Shown one piece after another: positions 13,311-26,249 of a stretch of 64,000 nucleotides of DNA; position 1 is the stretch's first letter, and each line of letters begins with the position of its first letter. The notes beneath the pieces were generated by a model. It worked only from the letters and a program-made list of their open reading frames with translations, searched no databases and was not told the origin of the DNA. The stretch is from Callorhinchus milii (Eukaryota), in contig NW_024704753.1 of the NCBI RefSeq assembly GCF_018977255.1, positions 5,580,001 through 5,644,000 on the forward strand, written 5' to 3'. Both the position numbers and the translations under genes were made by a program.

Positions 13311-15404
13311 CCTAGGTGAAGGCATGAAGATTCCCCTACATATTAAGTTACTTTTCTCTCGACTTTATTTTTATTGCTTATTATTGTTTAGGAAGTGATA
13401 TGTTTTGGTGAAGGATATTCCAAATTTCCAGCAAGGATGGAATAAGCCACAGATCTGGTTCAGTTACTGATAATCTCAAAGCAGTCAGCCTCTTTTTCAT
13501 TGAACTTCAGCTTCTGACAGCAGGAATATCTTTGGAACCAGATCCTAATCCCAGCATTGCAATTCTGCATACTGACAGAATCCTGACATCAGCAGGAGCA
13601 TTAATAAAATCCATAAGGTGGCCCTGGGTACTTCTGGCGGATGGTATACACATGCCTCTTGGTACTTGCCCTCCCAAGTTAGCTTAATTGCTAGCTGTAC
13701 CATAAAATGCTTCTTTTCTGGCTGCATTGAGTTAATTGGCCCAGTTTGGTCAAATTAGGAAAGAATACAATTTCTGATTCTTTGTTCTACATATCTATTG
13801 GAAAAAATCTAGTAACCCGCTGTAGTCTCACGTCACGTTTTCACAACACCTTTGTAGAATTTTTTTGTTATATTAAGATAGGCTTCAGGATCTTCTCACA
13901 TTATAAATGAGTGGATACCACACGACGAGGACACTCAACGCTATATTAGAGCACTCATTCGCCAAGAGGTTTTACAATACACATGTAGCACAAGTCCCAA
14001 AGCTTGTCGGCTTCCTCCACTGTTTGAATACATTTTGAAAGCCGAGCTCACCTGGGAAAATCCTTTTCGGTAAAGAATAGCAGTTGTACGTTCATCACAG
14101 ATACATAAAGAGTGGTACTGCTAGATGACTATAAAACAAGTATGGAACAAAAGGATCCATACTTGCACATAGTTAGGGACAACAATTTTAGACGGAGTGT
14201 ACTCGTTCATCCCCCATTCATTAGAAACGTTAGGACCAAATGTCATCTAAAAATTCCCTGCAACCAAGATAGAATTAAACATTTTAAAATTGGGTAGTTT
14301 TGTTCCGTGTATCCTTTCTTCACATTTGAGACATTTTCCTACATGTTCCCATTTTGATTATTTGTAATGATTTTTGCAACCTTTATAAATAGCTGTTGTA
14401 GCAGAGAATTTTTGCTCATGTTATCAGTTTGGTAAAAAAACTGATTTTGTCAAAATTTACGTAAGACAGAAACTGCTTCCACAGAGAGCACTTTAGTTGT
14501 AATTTTAGGTTGAAAAGAAAGATTAAAACTGTCAACCGTACATTTAAATACATTGCTCTGAATCTACAGAGTAATGAGTGCCGAACCCTGATTTCAAAGC
14601 TCTTCGTCATCCAAGTTTTAGTTTATTCTCTAGTCCTGCAGTAATTATGTCAATGTGCATCTGTTTGACAGTACAGTCACGTTAACCCCTGAGGCACTTA
14701 CTGGTACTTGCCTTCCCAAGTTAGCTTAGTTGCTAGCTGCACCATAAGCAGTGGTTGTTTACTGTATATGACAACTTTATTTCCTTCTTTTCTAGATAGA
14801 AGAATAATGCAGGCAAATGTGAATAGTGTATATTTGTAGTTTATTTACAGTTTTCTGCGTGTTATAGAATTGAGCACAAAACAAGTACATTCTTTTCAAA
14901 AATAATGATGTAAACTTTATCTTGCTTGCTTCTGAGTCTTATTTTTAACAATTTTTATCCAATATGGGTAACCCATTGTTTCTAATGAATGGGGATGAAC
15001 AAGTACAGTCTCTGCAGAATTTTAATCCAGGTCACACGTTTGCTTTCTGCTGCATTATTTGAATCTGAGATCTTTCAGGTGATAGATAATTGTATTGTTT
15101 GGTCTAGTTATTTTATGACACTTACATTTTTTTTGAAGCAGCAAACTGTTGTATTAGAGAAGTGATTCTGACAATTTTTAACTGTAGGTGTTTGAGGGCT
15201 GGTATCTTCATATGGTCCCTCGGTAGAATAGATTATTGCTTAATTAAATAACAGATCGCATAAGATCATCTGTTACCTCCAGCAAGATATCCATTCTGAA
15301 ATTCAAAGAGAATATCAAGCTTAAAAAAAAATCTGCTTACATAAAAGTTGTGTGACTTGCTAATCAAATCCCTTTCGCAGCTTTTACTGATGACAGTAAA
15401 TATA

Positions 15405-15857
15405 CTTACTCGTTCCAAACTCCGTACCCTCATCTCACTAGTTCTGGCCAGGCTCCACTGGCTCCCAATCACCAAACAGATCGATCTTAAGATTTTCAAA
15501 TCCCTTCACTCCCTGGTACCTCCCTACCACTCCACCTCCTCACTCCCCAATCCACCACCTGACACCTCCGCTCGACTGGCACCAGCCTCCTGCTTGTTCC
15601 TCGTGTCCTCTGCCCCACTGTTGGAGGTTGCGGTTTTAGCCACTGCGCCCCAAAACTCTGGAACACTTTCTCTCAAACCCTTTGCTTTGCCCCCGCTTTC
15701 CCCTTTTTCAAGTCCCGCCTGAAAGCCTTCCTTTTTGACCGTGCTTACGGTTACCTTCACACCCCCCCACCGGCTCGGAGTCAGCCTCTGCCACTGTTAA
15801 GCACTCCAAGACCCTTTCCTGCAGGGAAGGCGCTATATAAGTGCAAGTTGTTGTTGT
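15405..15857 (+). mobile_element. L2 3' end with second tail type
   Basis: Encodes LARLHWLPITKQIDLKI. Tail is gttaagcactcc..gaaggcgctatataagtgcaagttgttgttg. Confidence 0.85.
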
Positions 15858-16312
15858 CATTGACAGTTAATTAAGATACATTTGTAAAACTCTACACTTA
15901 TAGATGACTAAGACCAATGAGAAAACCTCATTTACAATAATTTGTGCTTATCTACCAGGTTTCACGTAGGATGAATGTTTCAAACCACTTAACAAACATT
16001 ATATAGGGACCATCAAGTAGTGGGAAAGAAGGTTGTTCTTTAAATAAGAATGTTGATCAAAATCACTGTCACAGAGAGATGTTTTTACAAGGGTTTATGA
16101 AGGCAGGGTGAGTGGAAACAAGAAAAATAAATTTGGTAACTAGTTCCAGAGGGCAAAAGTGGAATGACTGACTGCTCGACCACCAATACAATGAGACGGA
16201 AGAAGTGAGCAATGAATGAACGTCCAGATTCGAAAGAACCAAGGGAATAAACAGTAGAATGGGGTTAGAAAGATTACATCGGTAGGCAATGCGGCAAGAC
16301 TATAATGGAATT

Positions 16313-16650
16313 AACAACAACAAACAACATTTGTATAGCGTCTTTCATGCCAGGAGAACGTCCCAAGGCGCTGGACAGTCAGAGATTTAGATTCGAGCGG
16401 GGGATGTGATCAAGAGGGATAGAGGGCAGGGAGGATAGGAGGATGACCGAAGGCACGGTCGAAGAGGAGGGTCTTGAGACGTGCCTTGAAGGAGGCAGGA
16501 GAGGGAGCAAGGCAAAGGGACTGTAGGATGCAGTTCCAAAGGGTGAGGGCAGAGAGGCAGAAGGCCCGACTGCCGATGGTGACGTGGGGTGGGGGATGTG
16601 GAGCATTCTGTGATGTGGAGCTGGCTGAGTGGAGAGAGCAGACAGGTCGA
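16313..16650 (-). mobile_element. L2 3' end
   Basis: Encodes TIGSRAFCLSALTLWN..FKARLKTLLFDRAF. Has a (CAA)n tail on the + strand. An older L2-like remnant extends left to about 15935. Confidence 0.85.
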
Positions 16651-17519
16651 TATGGAGCTATTCCACTGTACAACACTGCTTTCAAAAATGCTATACATTC
16701 TATATTGATCAACAGATGTTACTGGTTATGCAACAAGATTGAAGCAGAGGCTGATTTTTCTCTTCTCCTGCCCCGACCTCCATATCCAGGACATATATAA
16801 CAGGTGTTCTGATTGCTGCTCTGGAATACGTAAACACAGCGTAGACTTAGGATCAAACTTGGGACCTTTCTGCTCTGTATGGTGTAGTACCCTAGCACAT
16901 TTGATGACATTTATTTGTAGAGCCATGTAAGGGGCTCGTCTGAAATTGTTTTTCTGCACCAAAATTTCTCTCACCTTCAGGGCCTGTCCTTGCTTTTGGT
17001 ACTACCATGGTATCAAAGTGCGGGGAAATTAACGGCAGGGAGTTGCAATACAAAATCACATTATTTATTGTGGTAAATGGGAGCTGAATACTACAATGAG
17101 TGAGTTGTAAGATTAATTTGAGTCCTGCTGAGTGAAAGGCAAAGAAGGACAATATCTGAGAAGTAAATTAAGATGTGGTGGGAGGTAACAGGACAGAGCT
17201 GTGCTTAACTTGGAAACCTCAATTCCCAAGAGCCGCAGAGTTATGAGTATAGATTTTTAGTGGGAGGAATTGAAATATATTTGTCACTATGGCGACTTTG
17301 AGAAGGGAGAGAGAGGTACTCCAACAGTGTTTTCTGTAGGAATGTCAAATACACTTACTAAGTGCACAGTGGTAATAATATCGGTCTTGTGATATCTCTC
17401 TCTGTGCACAATAAGAAGGAATTATTGATCCTGCTAGTGTTGCCATTTCGTCATCTGTTTCCTTCAGCCAAATTAAGTGTTGATTCTTCTGTAGTATGTG
17501 CTATTCATTGCAATATAAG

Positions 17520-17852
17520 AACAACAACAAAATTACACTTATGTAGCGCCTTTCACGTCGGGAGAACATTCCAAGGTGCTGGACAGACAGAGTTATGGAC
17601 TCGAGCTGGGGGTCGGGGGAGGATGGAGGGCAGGGGGGGAAGCAGGGAGATCGAAATCACGGTCGAAGAGGAGGGTCTTGAGGTGGGTCTTGAAGGTGGC
17701 AAGAGAGGGGGCGAGACGGAGGAATTGCAGGATGGAGTTCCAGAGGGTGGGGGCAGAGTGGCGTAAGGCCTACCCGCCAATAGTGGGGCAAGCGAGGCAG
17801 GGGACGTGAAGCAGGCCGGAGCCCGCTGAGTGGAGGGGGTGAACAGGATGGT
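17520..17852 (-). mobile_element. L2 3' end
   Basis: Reverse complement of 61560-61900. Confidence 0.85.
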
Positions 17853-18137
17853 AGCGTTCAGCATATCCTGTAATTATTTTGAAAACCTTTTTATTCATAT
17901 TGCACTTGTTTGCACCATTTCAGCATTGCTTCTGTCGGAACAATTTGTAATGAGCAATACGTTCTTGAATCCAAACTCTGAATGCTCCTTCGTGCCAAAA
18001 AAGGATGATGAACAACAAACCATTGTTTATGGAGTTTGATCTTTCACAAAAAATGAAGAAACCCACACAATAAGAACAATACTGCAACATTGTCTGGAAT
18101 ATAATTTGTGAAAGTGCTGCAAGGCTTCTCACCCCTA

Positions 18138-19200
18138 GTTGTATACCCGGGTTATGACAAAGCTCTCGGTGTACTAGACGGCCTCTATATCAGTCCTGTC
18201 TCTGTTTCGTGCAAGTTCCCTCTTTGAGTGAAACTCCACTAATGAGAATATGCACACGACAACAGGTAATCCCAATACCTTATTGCACAACAAAGGACTG
18301 CATTCATCAGCGTCCTTCGCTGCTGAATTCAGCAATAATCTGCTGTGTCTCTCCCTCTCTCCTTAATTTTTACACAGACTCACTATATAGAAAACTCAAC
18401 TGTTTTTTTGGTCCTTAACCCTATGCCTAACTTTCACTACCTGGAACATGATAACTGTTTCAACATTAAGAAATAGAAAATAACCTGATACAAAACTATG
18501 ACACTAGCAATTTTTCCCCAAATTAGTTAACAAAGAAAAAACAATCTTGACCTGGAAACAAGACTCTCAGGTCAGGCACATACCTCCTTGATGACACTAA
18601 AAGTGAAATGCGACCCCCAAGTTCAGGGACCCCCCACTTTTATATAATCCTAACTCCTCCTCTTTTCAATGTATCGCATTAATACTTGTTCCCTCCATTT
18701 TCAATCTCCTCCCTTTTCAATATATCAGTATATAATAATAATCCCTCCAAAAAACAAAAACAATAATTAAATTGGTCATTTTCAATCTATGACTGTTTGT
18801 GGGACATTGCTGTGCGCAATTGGCTGCCGCGTTCGCCCACAAAATATACAGTCAACTCACTTTACAGTATATTCTGTGAAGCGCTTTGGGACGTCCTCCC
18901 GACATGAAAAGCGCTATATCAAATGCAAGGATTATTATTATTATTATTATTATCAGTAGATTCCCCCTCCAAGACCCACGTGATCCTTTCCTGCCTTTTT
19001 GTTTCAGTAACTCACCCAGGTCACAGACTTTGTGTCGCTAAGACTGTCCTTACCACTCTAAAATATATTTCAGTCCCTAGACCACAAATGGGGATAAAGC
19101 ATTTTGCACCAAATCTCAACACAAACAGAATATCTACATTATAACCCCAACAAAAGAGGTAGAGCGTTAATCTAAACAAGGTGACCATGGGAATGCAATA
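18138..19200 (-). mobile_element. Possible degraded ERV 3' end (env tail, PPT and LTR)
   Basis: On the minus strand: a hydrophobic, Cys-containing short ORF (19021-19206), two purine tracts aaaagaggaggag / aaaaggggaggag, then a TATA-like ctatatag and aataag. Termini are imperfect. Confidence 0.3.
18733..18953 (+). mobile_element. 5'-truncated tRNA/Deu SINE with 8-bp TSD
   Basis: Starts at taataataatccctcc. tatcagta is repeated at 18723-18730 and 18951-18958. Confidence 0.9.
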
Positions 19201-20368
19201 TGTCAATTTTAAAACTTTTTTTCTTCATAATATGGTCTTAATGTTGTATGTCCTAGTGGTCACTGATGAGTAGTATTGCAAATAATGCATTTGTCAATTT
19301 TACCATGTTTCACTGCTGTAACTGCTGCAGTGGTTAAGTAATAAACAAGTGATTACGTAGAAAACAGCTGTTCATTTTGCTGTAGGCACTGCACAGTTTG
19401 AGTAATCGCAGATCCCAAGGTAGGCTTCAACTGTATTGACTCATATGACAGATGTCCATTATATTGTTCATTTCATTCTGTCTATAATATCACATTTCTC
19501 ACATATGATTTTAGAGGAAATAAAGCAAAATCTTTGTTGTCATATAGCAGCGCCTTAGAGTTGTCCAGTAGCTTCACTTAAGTAATAGTTTCATAAAACC
19601 AGTTCACACCGTAAATAAATCACTGAAGTAAGTGCACAGGATTGATTAAGATGATGTTTCAGCTTTTGGATTATTTTGGCTAACCTGGATAACCCAGGGG
19701 GTTTGAATATTCACAGAGTTAAAGGCCTGAAATGGATAATGAAGATTGGTGTAAAAGCAGCAGACCACAAGGGATGTTTTTTTTTAAAAAAAAGGACAAA
19801 AAGGAAAGTTTTTAGTGGCAGTAATTACAGACAACCTCTGCTATGATGATGAGATATAAAAAATTGTGATATGCATGTACACACACATATCACACACACA
19901 CTGCAACGTTGTTGAGAAATTAAATTCTATCCTATGCAAACAGCCCACTGTTTAGTTAAAACAAAACAAGAAGTAGATATTAATCATCTAAATTCGGGGG
20001 AAACAAATGGGTCCTAAATTCTTTCTCAAAACCAGCTAAATTTGAAGCATTTTTAGGTTGGCTTGTCATTCGTCACTGTTAGGGATTAACATTGGTTTTA
20101 AATATTAATGAACCTGCTGAGATAAGCAGCATTTAACATTCTTGTGTATTGCGTCCAAGATGGATCTGTACTTGGAATTACTTTGCCATGTAACATATTT
20201 CAAGCTCCTTCATTATTATGATCCTTCCTCTTCGTAATGTACTCTTACATACCCATATCACATACACAATGCAAGACACTTCAATATGCAGTTGGCACCA
20301 ATCTTGGAGGGGTTAGGACTGTGGAATCAGAAAAGCAGCCAAGATCTTAAGAGTTTGTCAGTATATAT

Positions 20369-20478
20369 CTGGGCTGATCTGGCAAATGGAGTTCAATACA
20401 GATAAATGTAATATGATGAATATACAAAGCAAAAATAGGAATTACATATACTCCATGAATGGGATAGAATTTGCCAAG
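20369..20478 (+). mobile_element. Old CR1 ORF2 fragment
   Basis: Reads WQMEFNTDKCNMMNI..KNRNYIYSMNG, matching the CR1 motif WQMxFNxxKC. Confidence 0.7.
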
Positions 20479-21099
20479 CGGGAGTTGACTTATTACTCAC
20501 CAAGCAATTGCTTTTTCTTTGTCTGGATTAAAGTAGAGCCATAAAAACAAATTATCTTCTATTTACTGTTGATTTTTTGGTATGCCATTGTTCCCTTATT
20601 CAGAGCCTTGAAGTGATGTACTCCTCCACAGATATGTTCAATGCTGCTACTTAGTTGATCCAAGAATAAGCAAACTTGAGTATTGCTAATTGAGCTGTAG
20701 AAGTGAGATCATAGTATGCAAAAGTGTATTAGCCCATTAAGTCTTGACTATCCATTGATAATACACAACATATCTGATTGTAGACTCTATGCCTTCTAAT
20801 CACTCTCCTGAGAAATCCTGCATAAATGGTGCAGAATTTTTCAGAGGGTGGGTTTGGAACCATGAGATTAGATAAACTGAAGGGCCTTCGTCTTCCAAAC
20901 CAATCTTGTGCTGTGCTCTGCCATCTTGGACACAATACACAATTATAGAATCATAGAATTATACAGCACAGAAGGAGGCCATTGTCAATGATGTTGAATT
21001 TTACCTTTAGAGATTGGATCTGGGCTTTCTGAAATTTTTGAAACCCCTTTAAATGTAATTATTTTTAGTGAGATAAACTGTATGGTTCTATTCTATGTT

Positions 21100-21250
21100 G
21101 ATAGAATCATAGAATTATACAGCACAGAAGGAGGCCATTCAGCCCATCGTGCCTGTGCCGGCTCTTTGAAAAGAGCTGTCCAAATCAATCCCACTGCCCC
21201 GCTCTCTCCCCATAGCCCTGCAAACCTGTCCTTCGCAAATAATTATTTAT
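21100..21250 (-). mobile_element. CR1 3' end; a second short tail copy lies at 20945-20983
   Basis: atagaatcatagaattatacagcacagaaggaggccattc. Same family as the 45488, 50477 and 57805 copies. Confidence 0.85.
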
Positions 21251-22481
21251 TCATGTGTCCTTCACATATCCACTATTGAACCCTGGCTCGTTGCCCCTAA
21301 CAGACCTTTCTAATCCCACCATTAAATTTAGGATTGGTTATTTTAACACGTCTTATCCCTATTACTTCCAGTTCCATTCTTAATGAGATATTTATCCAGT
21401 TCTTCTTTGAAGAAGATTGAGTTGATATTTATTAACAGATATATAAAGTATGAAATAACCATAAGACTGAAAGATTGAGGACAATATTTCACATTAAATG
21501 GCTTAGAATAGAATCTGTGTAAAAGTCAGAGTAAGATGTATTTTTGGGAGTATTGAACGAGGAGGACTGGTATTTGCTTGTTTGAAAGGAGGATTTTAAA
21601 ATATTAAAATTGCTAAGCAGCCAGTAGAAGAGACATGGAGAAAATGAAATGTCTATTAATTAAATAATTTACATGGGGTTTTGATTGGAAACAAGTAGTA
21701 GCTTTCATACACCATAAATTACACGGCTGCTGACATTTGTTTTATGGGATATTAATTTTTTTAACTGCTATTAACATTCTTGAATTATTTTGTGGTGAAA
21801 GGATTTAGATTTCAGTTGCCAGGGATGATGTAGGCCAATAGAGATTGAAGATTGATACTGTTGGTTTCTGAACCTTTAGTGGCACTTGAGCTTGTTTTTG
21901 CACACAGTACAATTTTTATTTTCACAGTCTTAAATGTCAATGGCTATATTGATGCAGCGACTGGAGACAGCTGACACGTTTTGTACTAGACTACAAACTG
22001 CTAGCCAGATTACGTGTTTAGTCTTAACCAAGGAATACTCAAACATGCAGTTTGTGGACAGCAGTTTAAACAGCGCCTTGGGACGTCCTCCCAACATGAA
22101 AGGCCTATACAAATGTAATTTTGTTGTTGTATTAAACGCAAAGCATTCACCTTTTTAAAGCCAATGATTTGAAATCTTTGTGGGTGATATACTAAATTAA
22201 TTTAAAAACATATTTGTAAATTATAATTAACCTGTACCTTTCAAATGGTCAAAGAATAATCAAGTAGATCTGTGTTTACTCAGCAGAGAAGTATTCAGTC
22301 TGTTCAGCTAGATGTTGATGTATAGGAGATTCTAAGGGTTGCTTGCTAACTTATTAAATAGTGCATTTTTTAAAAAGAAAATCTGAATTCCACAGCAGAA
22401 TTTTATTTGTGAAGAAATACCACAACCGCTGAATAATTTGCTGGACAATAAATAGTATGTTATTGTGTTTCTCTCCCACAG

Positions 22482-22581
22482 AAGCAAAGGAAATTGTTTT
22501 AAAAGCTCAGATCCTGGCTGGTGGCAGAGGAAAAGGCAACTTCACCAGTGGATTGAAAGGAGGAGTGCATTTAACCAAAAA
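22482..22581 (+). CDS. suclg2: SUCLG2 coding exon (human exon 3 equivalent), 100 nt
   Basis: Acceptor ctctcccacag and donor gtatgt. Encodes [32 protein letters not shown], the ATP-grasp GGRGKG motif. AQIL and GGVHLTK are SUCLG2-type rather than SUCLA2-type. Confidence 0.96.
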
Positions 22582-23910
22582 GTATGTTCAAAGTTTTCTT
22601 GAGAAAATTATTTTCTTCTCTCTAACTCTCTCTCTAGCCATGCTTGATTCTGTGGTGCAATGGTTAACTTAGGGCTTGTAGTTGTTGAGGCCACAAGTGC
22701 TATTACTATTCAGAACCACAACTCACAGCCATGTAGTCAAATATATTTATGAACTTGTTAAATATTTTATAAACTATTTTGCTGTTCCAAAAAGCTTAAG
22801 TACAGTATGTGATGCTCCTTTAAGAAAATTGTCTCTCCCAATGTTACACTGAGTGCAAATGTACTACTTTTCAGGAAATATTAGTAAACTGAATGTTTTG
22901 TGTGAAATAACAATAGTTAAAGCGTGTTTAATGCACTAGGTATGTGATGTAGGGATTCCTTACAGTAGTATTTGGCATGCAAATCTTAATGCAAGTTAAT
23001 ATGCTCTTTCAATATGGGATTAGCAATTAATACATCTAGTGGGCGTGTTAAAAAAGTGACAACCATTACTACCTTTACTGGATGGGGGTCTTTTAATACA
23101 GCTGGCTAATACATGTTTGTAAATATGGAGCTTTATATAGTTGTGTTCATCAATCTTATTAGTTGACAAATCGTATACATGTAACTGGGAAATTAAGAAT
23201 TAATACATTCAGAAATGTACTCATGGTCTTAATTTTATGTAGGATTGGGCCTATATAAATAGTAGAATTTAGATATGAAAATATTAGTTTATTGCCTGTT
23301 CAGAATGTTAAGCCAAATCTTTTTCATCTTGCAGGGAACACCAAAACTATTTCTGCATATTTGAAAATAACAAATTGAATTGAAAATGAGACATTGATTC
23401 GAATGGAAATTCAAGTAAACACAAAATGACAGTTGCTTTTAATAAAAACATTTGTTTCAGAAATTATCATATTCATGTGTTTCTAGGTTTTGAAAATCCT
23501 AATGGATCAAAGTATAGGACCTATTCCTGGTAGAAAGTGGCAAAGTAAGGTTTGTTGAACTTGTGGGATATGAGTACTGGAATAAATTAAGATACCCAGT
23601 ACCTATAGTTGCCCGTAGAGCGAGCTCTAATGGTTCTGTAGCTCAGATGTGACTTCTAGTGGTAGTAATATAGCATTACAATTATACAGTGCTGACTGGA
23701 GAATGGTTGGTCCTTTCATTTTGTGAAAATTTTGATGCTGTAAGGTTCTGGAGCAAGATGCCCACAAACAAATGTTTTCCATCTTAATCTCAAAGGATTA
23801 CAAATATGGCATTCAACATATTTCCAGATAATTTTCAAAGATACAGTATAGTAAAAGCGGAAAGGCTGTTCATATTTGTTCGTATTTCTACATTTTCTTT
23901 GTATTTTTAG

Positions 23911-24001
23911 TCCAGATGATGTTGCACAGCTGGCAAAGCAAATGCTTGGGTACAGCCTCATTACCAAGCAGACGGCAAAGGAAGGTGTTAAGGTCAACAA
24001 G
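23911..24001 (+). CDS. suclg2: SUCLG2 coding exon (exon 4 equivalent), 91 nt
   Basis: Acceptor gtatttttag and donor gtaatg. Encodes PDDVAQLAKQMLGYSLITKQTAKEGVKVNK. Phase is compatible with both neighbours. Confidence 0.96.
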
Positions 24002-24282
24002 GTAATGGGAAAAGATGTTTCAAAATAAACAAATAAAGGATTTTTCGATGGTTCTTTATCTCAAGTGTTAGATATTATAAGGCTCTTTTTGTTAAAAAAA
24101 ACTGAGTAAATGCTGATATTGAACTTCTGAAAATATATTCATGGATTAAACAATAATAAAACGTGAATGAAAATACAGTAATTGACGCACAGCCCCCAAA
24201 GTAAAACAACCTTTTAAGATAAATAGCTGAATTATACGGCTATTAAACTAAATGACTTGCTTCTAATTGATGTGTTATCAAG

Positions 24283-24435
24283 GTGATGGTGGCAGAGGCC
24301 TTGGATATTGCCAGAGAAACATATTTAGCCATTATGATGGACAGAACCAGTAATGGACCAGTAATAGTTGGGAGCCCCCAGGGAGGAATGGACATTGAAG
24401 AAGTGGCAGTCACTAATCCTGAACTAATCTTCAAG
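24283..24435 (+). CDS. suclg2: SUCLG2 coding exon (exon 5 equivalent), 153 nt
   Basis: Acceptor atcaag and donor gtatgc. Encodes VMVAEALDIARETYLAIMMDRTSNGPVIVGSPQGGMDIEEVAVTNPELIFK. Confidence 0.96.
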
Positions 24436-24834
24436 GTATGCTGAACCCTATAACTTTACTGAAGCTATTCAGCTATCATTTCTGCAATGGATTAAACTGA
24501 TGGTGGGCAGCAGGTGTTAGCCTAGCTTTTAAAACATAACAGCACAAGAATTTGCTCATACCATCTGTGTGGCAATTTAATGTGAATGTCGGTGTCATAT
24601 TGTCTTGTCACCGTGCCACACTAAAGACTGATGTTTAAGGATTTTTAGATAGATTGTGGAGTAATTATACTTATTTGTTAAAAAGGCAACTGGTACAGAC
24701 TTGATATACGGGAAGAACAGACTTGTCAGAATTGAACTGCCCGATTGCCATTCTTTTGAGGCGTTTAACTTGTTTTCTTTAATCTGACAGTGATGTGATT
24801 TGCTGTAAAATATTCTGTTACTTTCATTTCACAG

Positions 24835-24924
24835 GAGATTATTGACATCTTTGAAGGGGTGAAAAGTGACCAGGCCCTTCAAATGGCAGCCAACCTTGGA
24901 TTTAAAGGGCCACTACAGCAGCAG
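24835..24924 (+). CDS. suclg2: SUCLG2 coding exon (exon 6 equivalent), 90 nt
   Basis: Acceptor catttcacag and donor gtatga. Encodes EIIDIFEGVKSDQALQMAANLGFKGPLQQQ. Confidence 0.96.
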
Positions 24925-26249
24925 GTATGATATCAAAGAAAGTGAGCGTGAGAGAGGCATCCTCAAAAAAAAAATTCTGCTCAGCTGACATCAACAATGG
25001 CATAATAATAATTTGTGAATGTGTGACTACAAATAATTGAAATTCACATTATTTTTCTTTCTGGATTCGGAGGAGAGACAGTGTTTAAAACTGACTTTAT
25101 AATAATAATTTTAAAAGCTGTCTTTCACATACAGGGACTGCCGCTTACGGTTGCCATGACCTGCTGCTGCCATTCTCCTAGTAAAGCAGCCAGTCCACAG
25201 TTGCTATGGGAGGTGGTGGGGGTGAGGCCACACCCCAGTACCGTCTGACGCTCTTCCCAGGGGATTTACGGCAAGGTGTGGTGCCTGGCGTCTGTGGTGC
25301 GGCCGCCAACAATATTATTCTCAGACTCGCTGAGCACTGTGATCAGGCTCCAGACCTTCACACAATGTCTGCGTATCTCTCCGATTATATAATAGTTATG
25401 CAGCATATAATATCATACAGCATATAATAGATACCATTCTATGACTCGCACAGACGAGATCAATTCCTCGAAAAAACAGTACTCACTCAAAAAAAAACCT
25501 ACAACTCATTCAGAATAAGCTTGCCAAAAGAAACTTCAACGCCCAAGCAGGAAGCCTGATTGATGAGCATTAAAATCTTGGGGTTTCTGGGGAACGTTCA
25601 GTGATAGAAACTTAAAATGGTTCTAAGTCCTTATAAAATAGGCAATGTTCTCTAATTAATAAGTTTTAATAATATTAAAAATTTAAACTAGTATTGTTGA
25701 ATGTCAAAATGGATGTGTGGCTTAATTGAAATTATGTAATAGATATACTCACTCACGCTGAGCCTCAAATCATCTCTGAGCTGATTAATTTGATTGTTTT
25801 CATAAATTGTGATTAACAATCTAATGATGTTAACACTGCAATGCCATGCTACATGCTACCTTTGTAAAGTGGCTAATGTAGAGTTTATAAGGACATCTTC
25901 AGAACATTATTTAAAACTCAGGCACATGGTTAGAATTAGGAATAAATATACGTGTAACCTTTGATTTACAATGGCTGCTGTGTTTTGTGCAGAACAAAAT
26001 GATTTTGTTTTCTTCTGCATTAATCTGTTTTTATGCAATATATTGAATATAATAGTTTAATATATCAGTGTGATGGATATTTCTTCTGTTCAGTTGACAA
26101 GTGAAAAATGAATCTGATGGCAACCTTACAGAATGATCTGTAAGATACTGCAATTAAATCACATGTGAGAGATTATTTTGCGTAGAATTACAATTTTGCA
26201 TCTTTCTTATACAATATATCTTTCTGATTGTGTTTATTTTATTAAACAG

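Noticed and set aside
14083-14675. A further weak inverted match, 14083-14150 versus 14600-14675
   Set aside because: Identity is low and the order is inconsistent with the stronger inverted pair, so it cannot be supported by eye.
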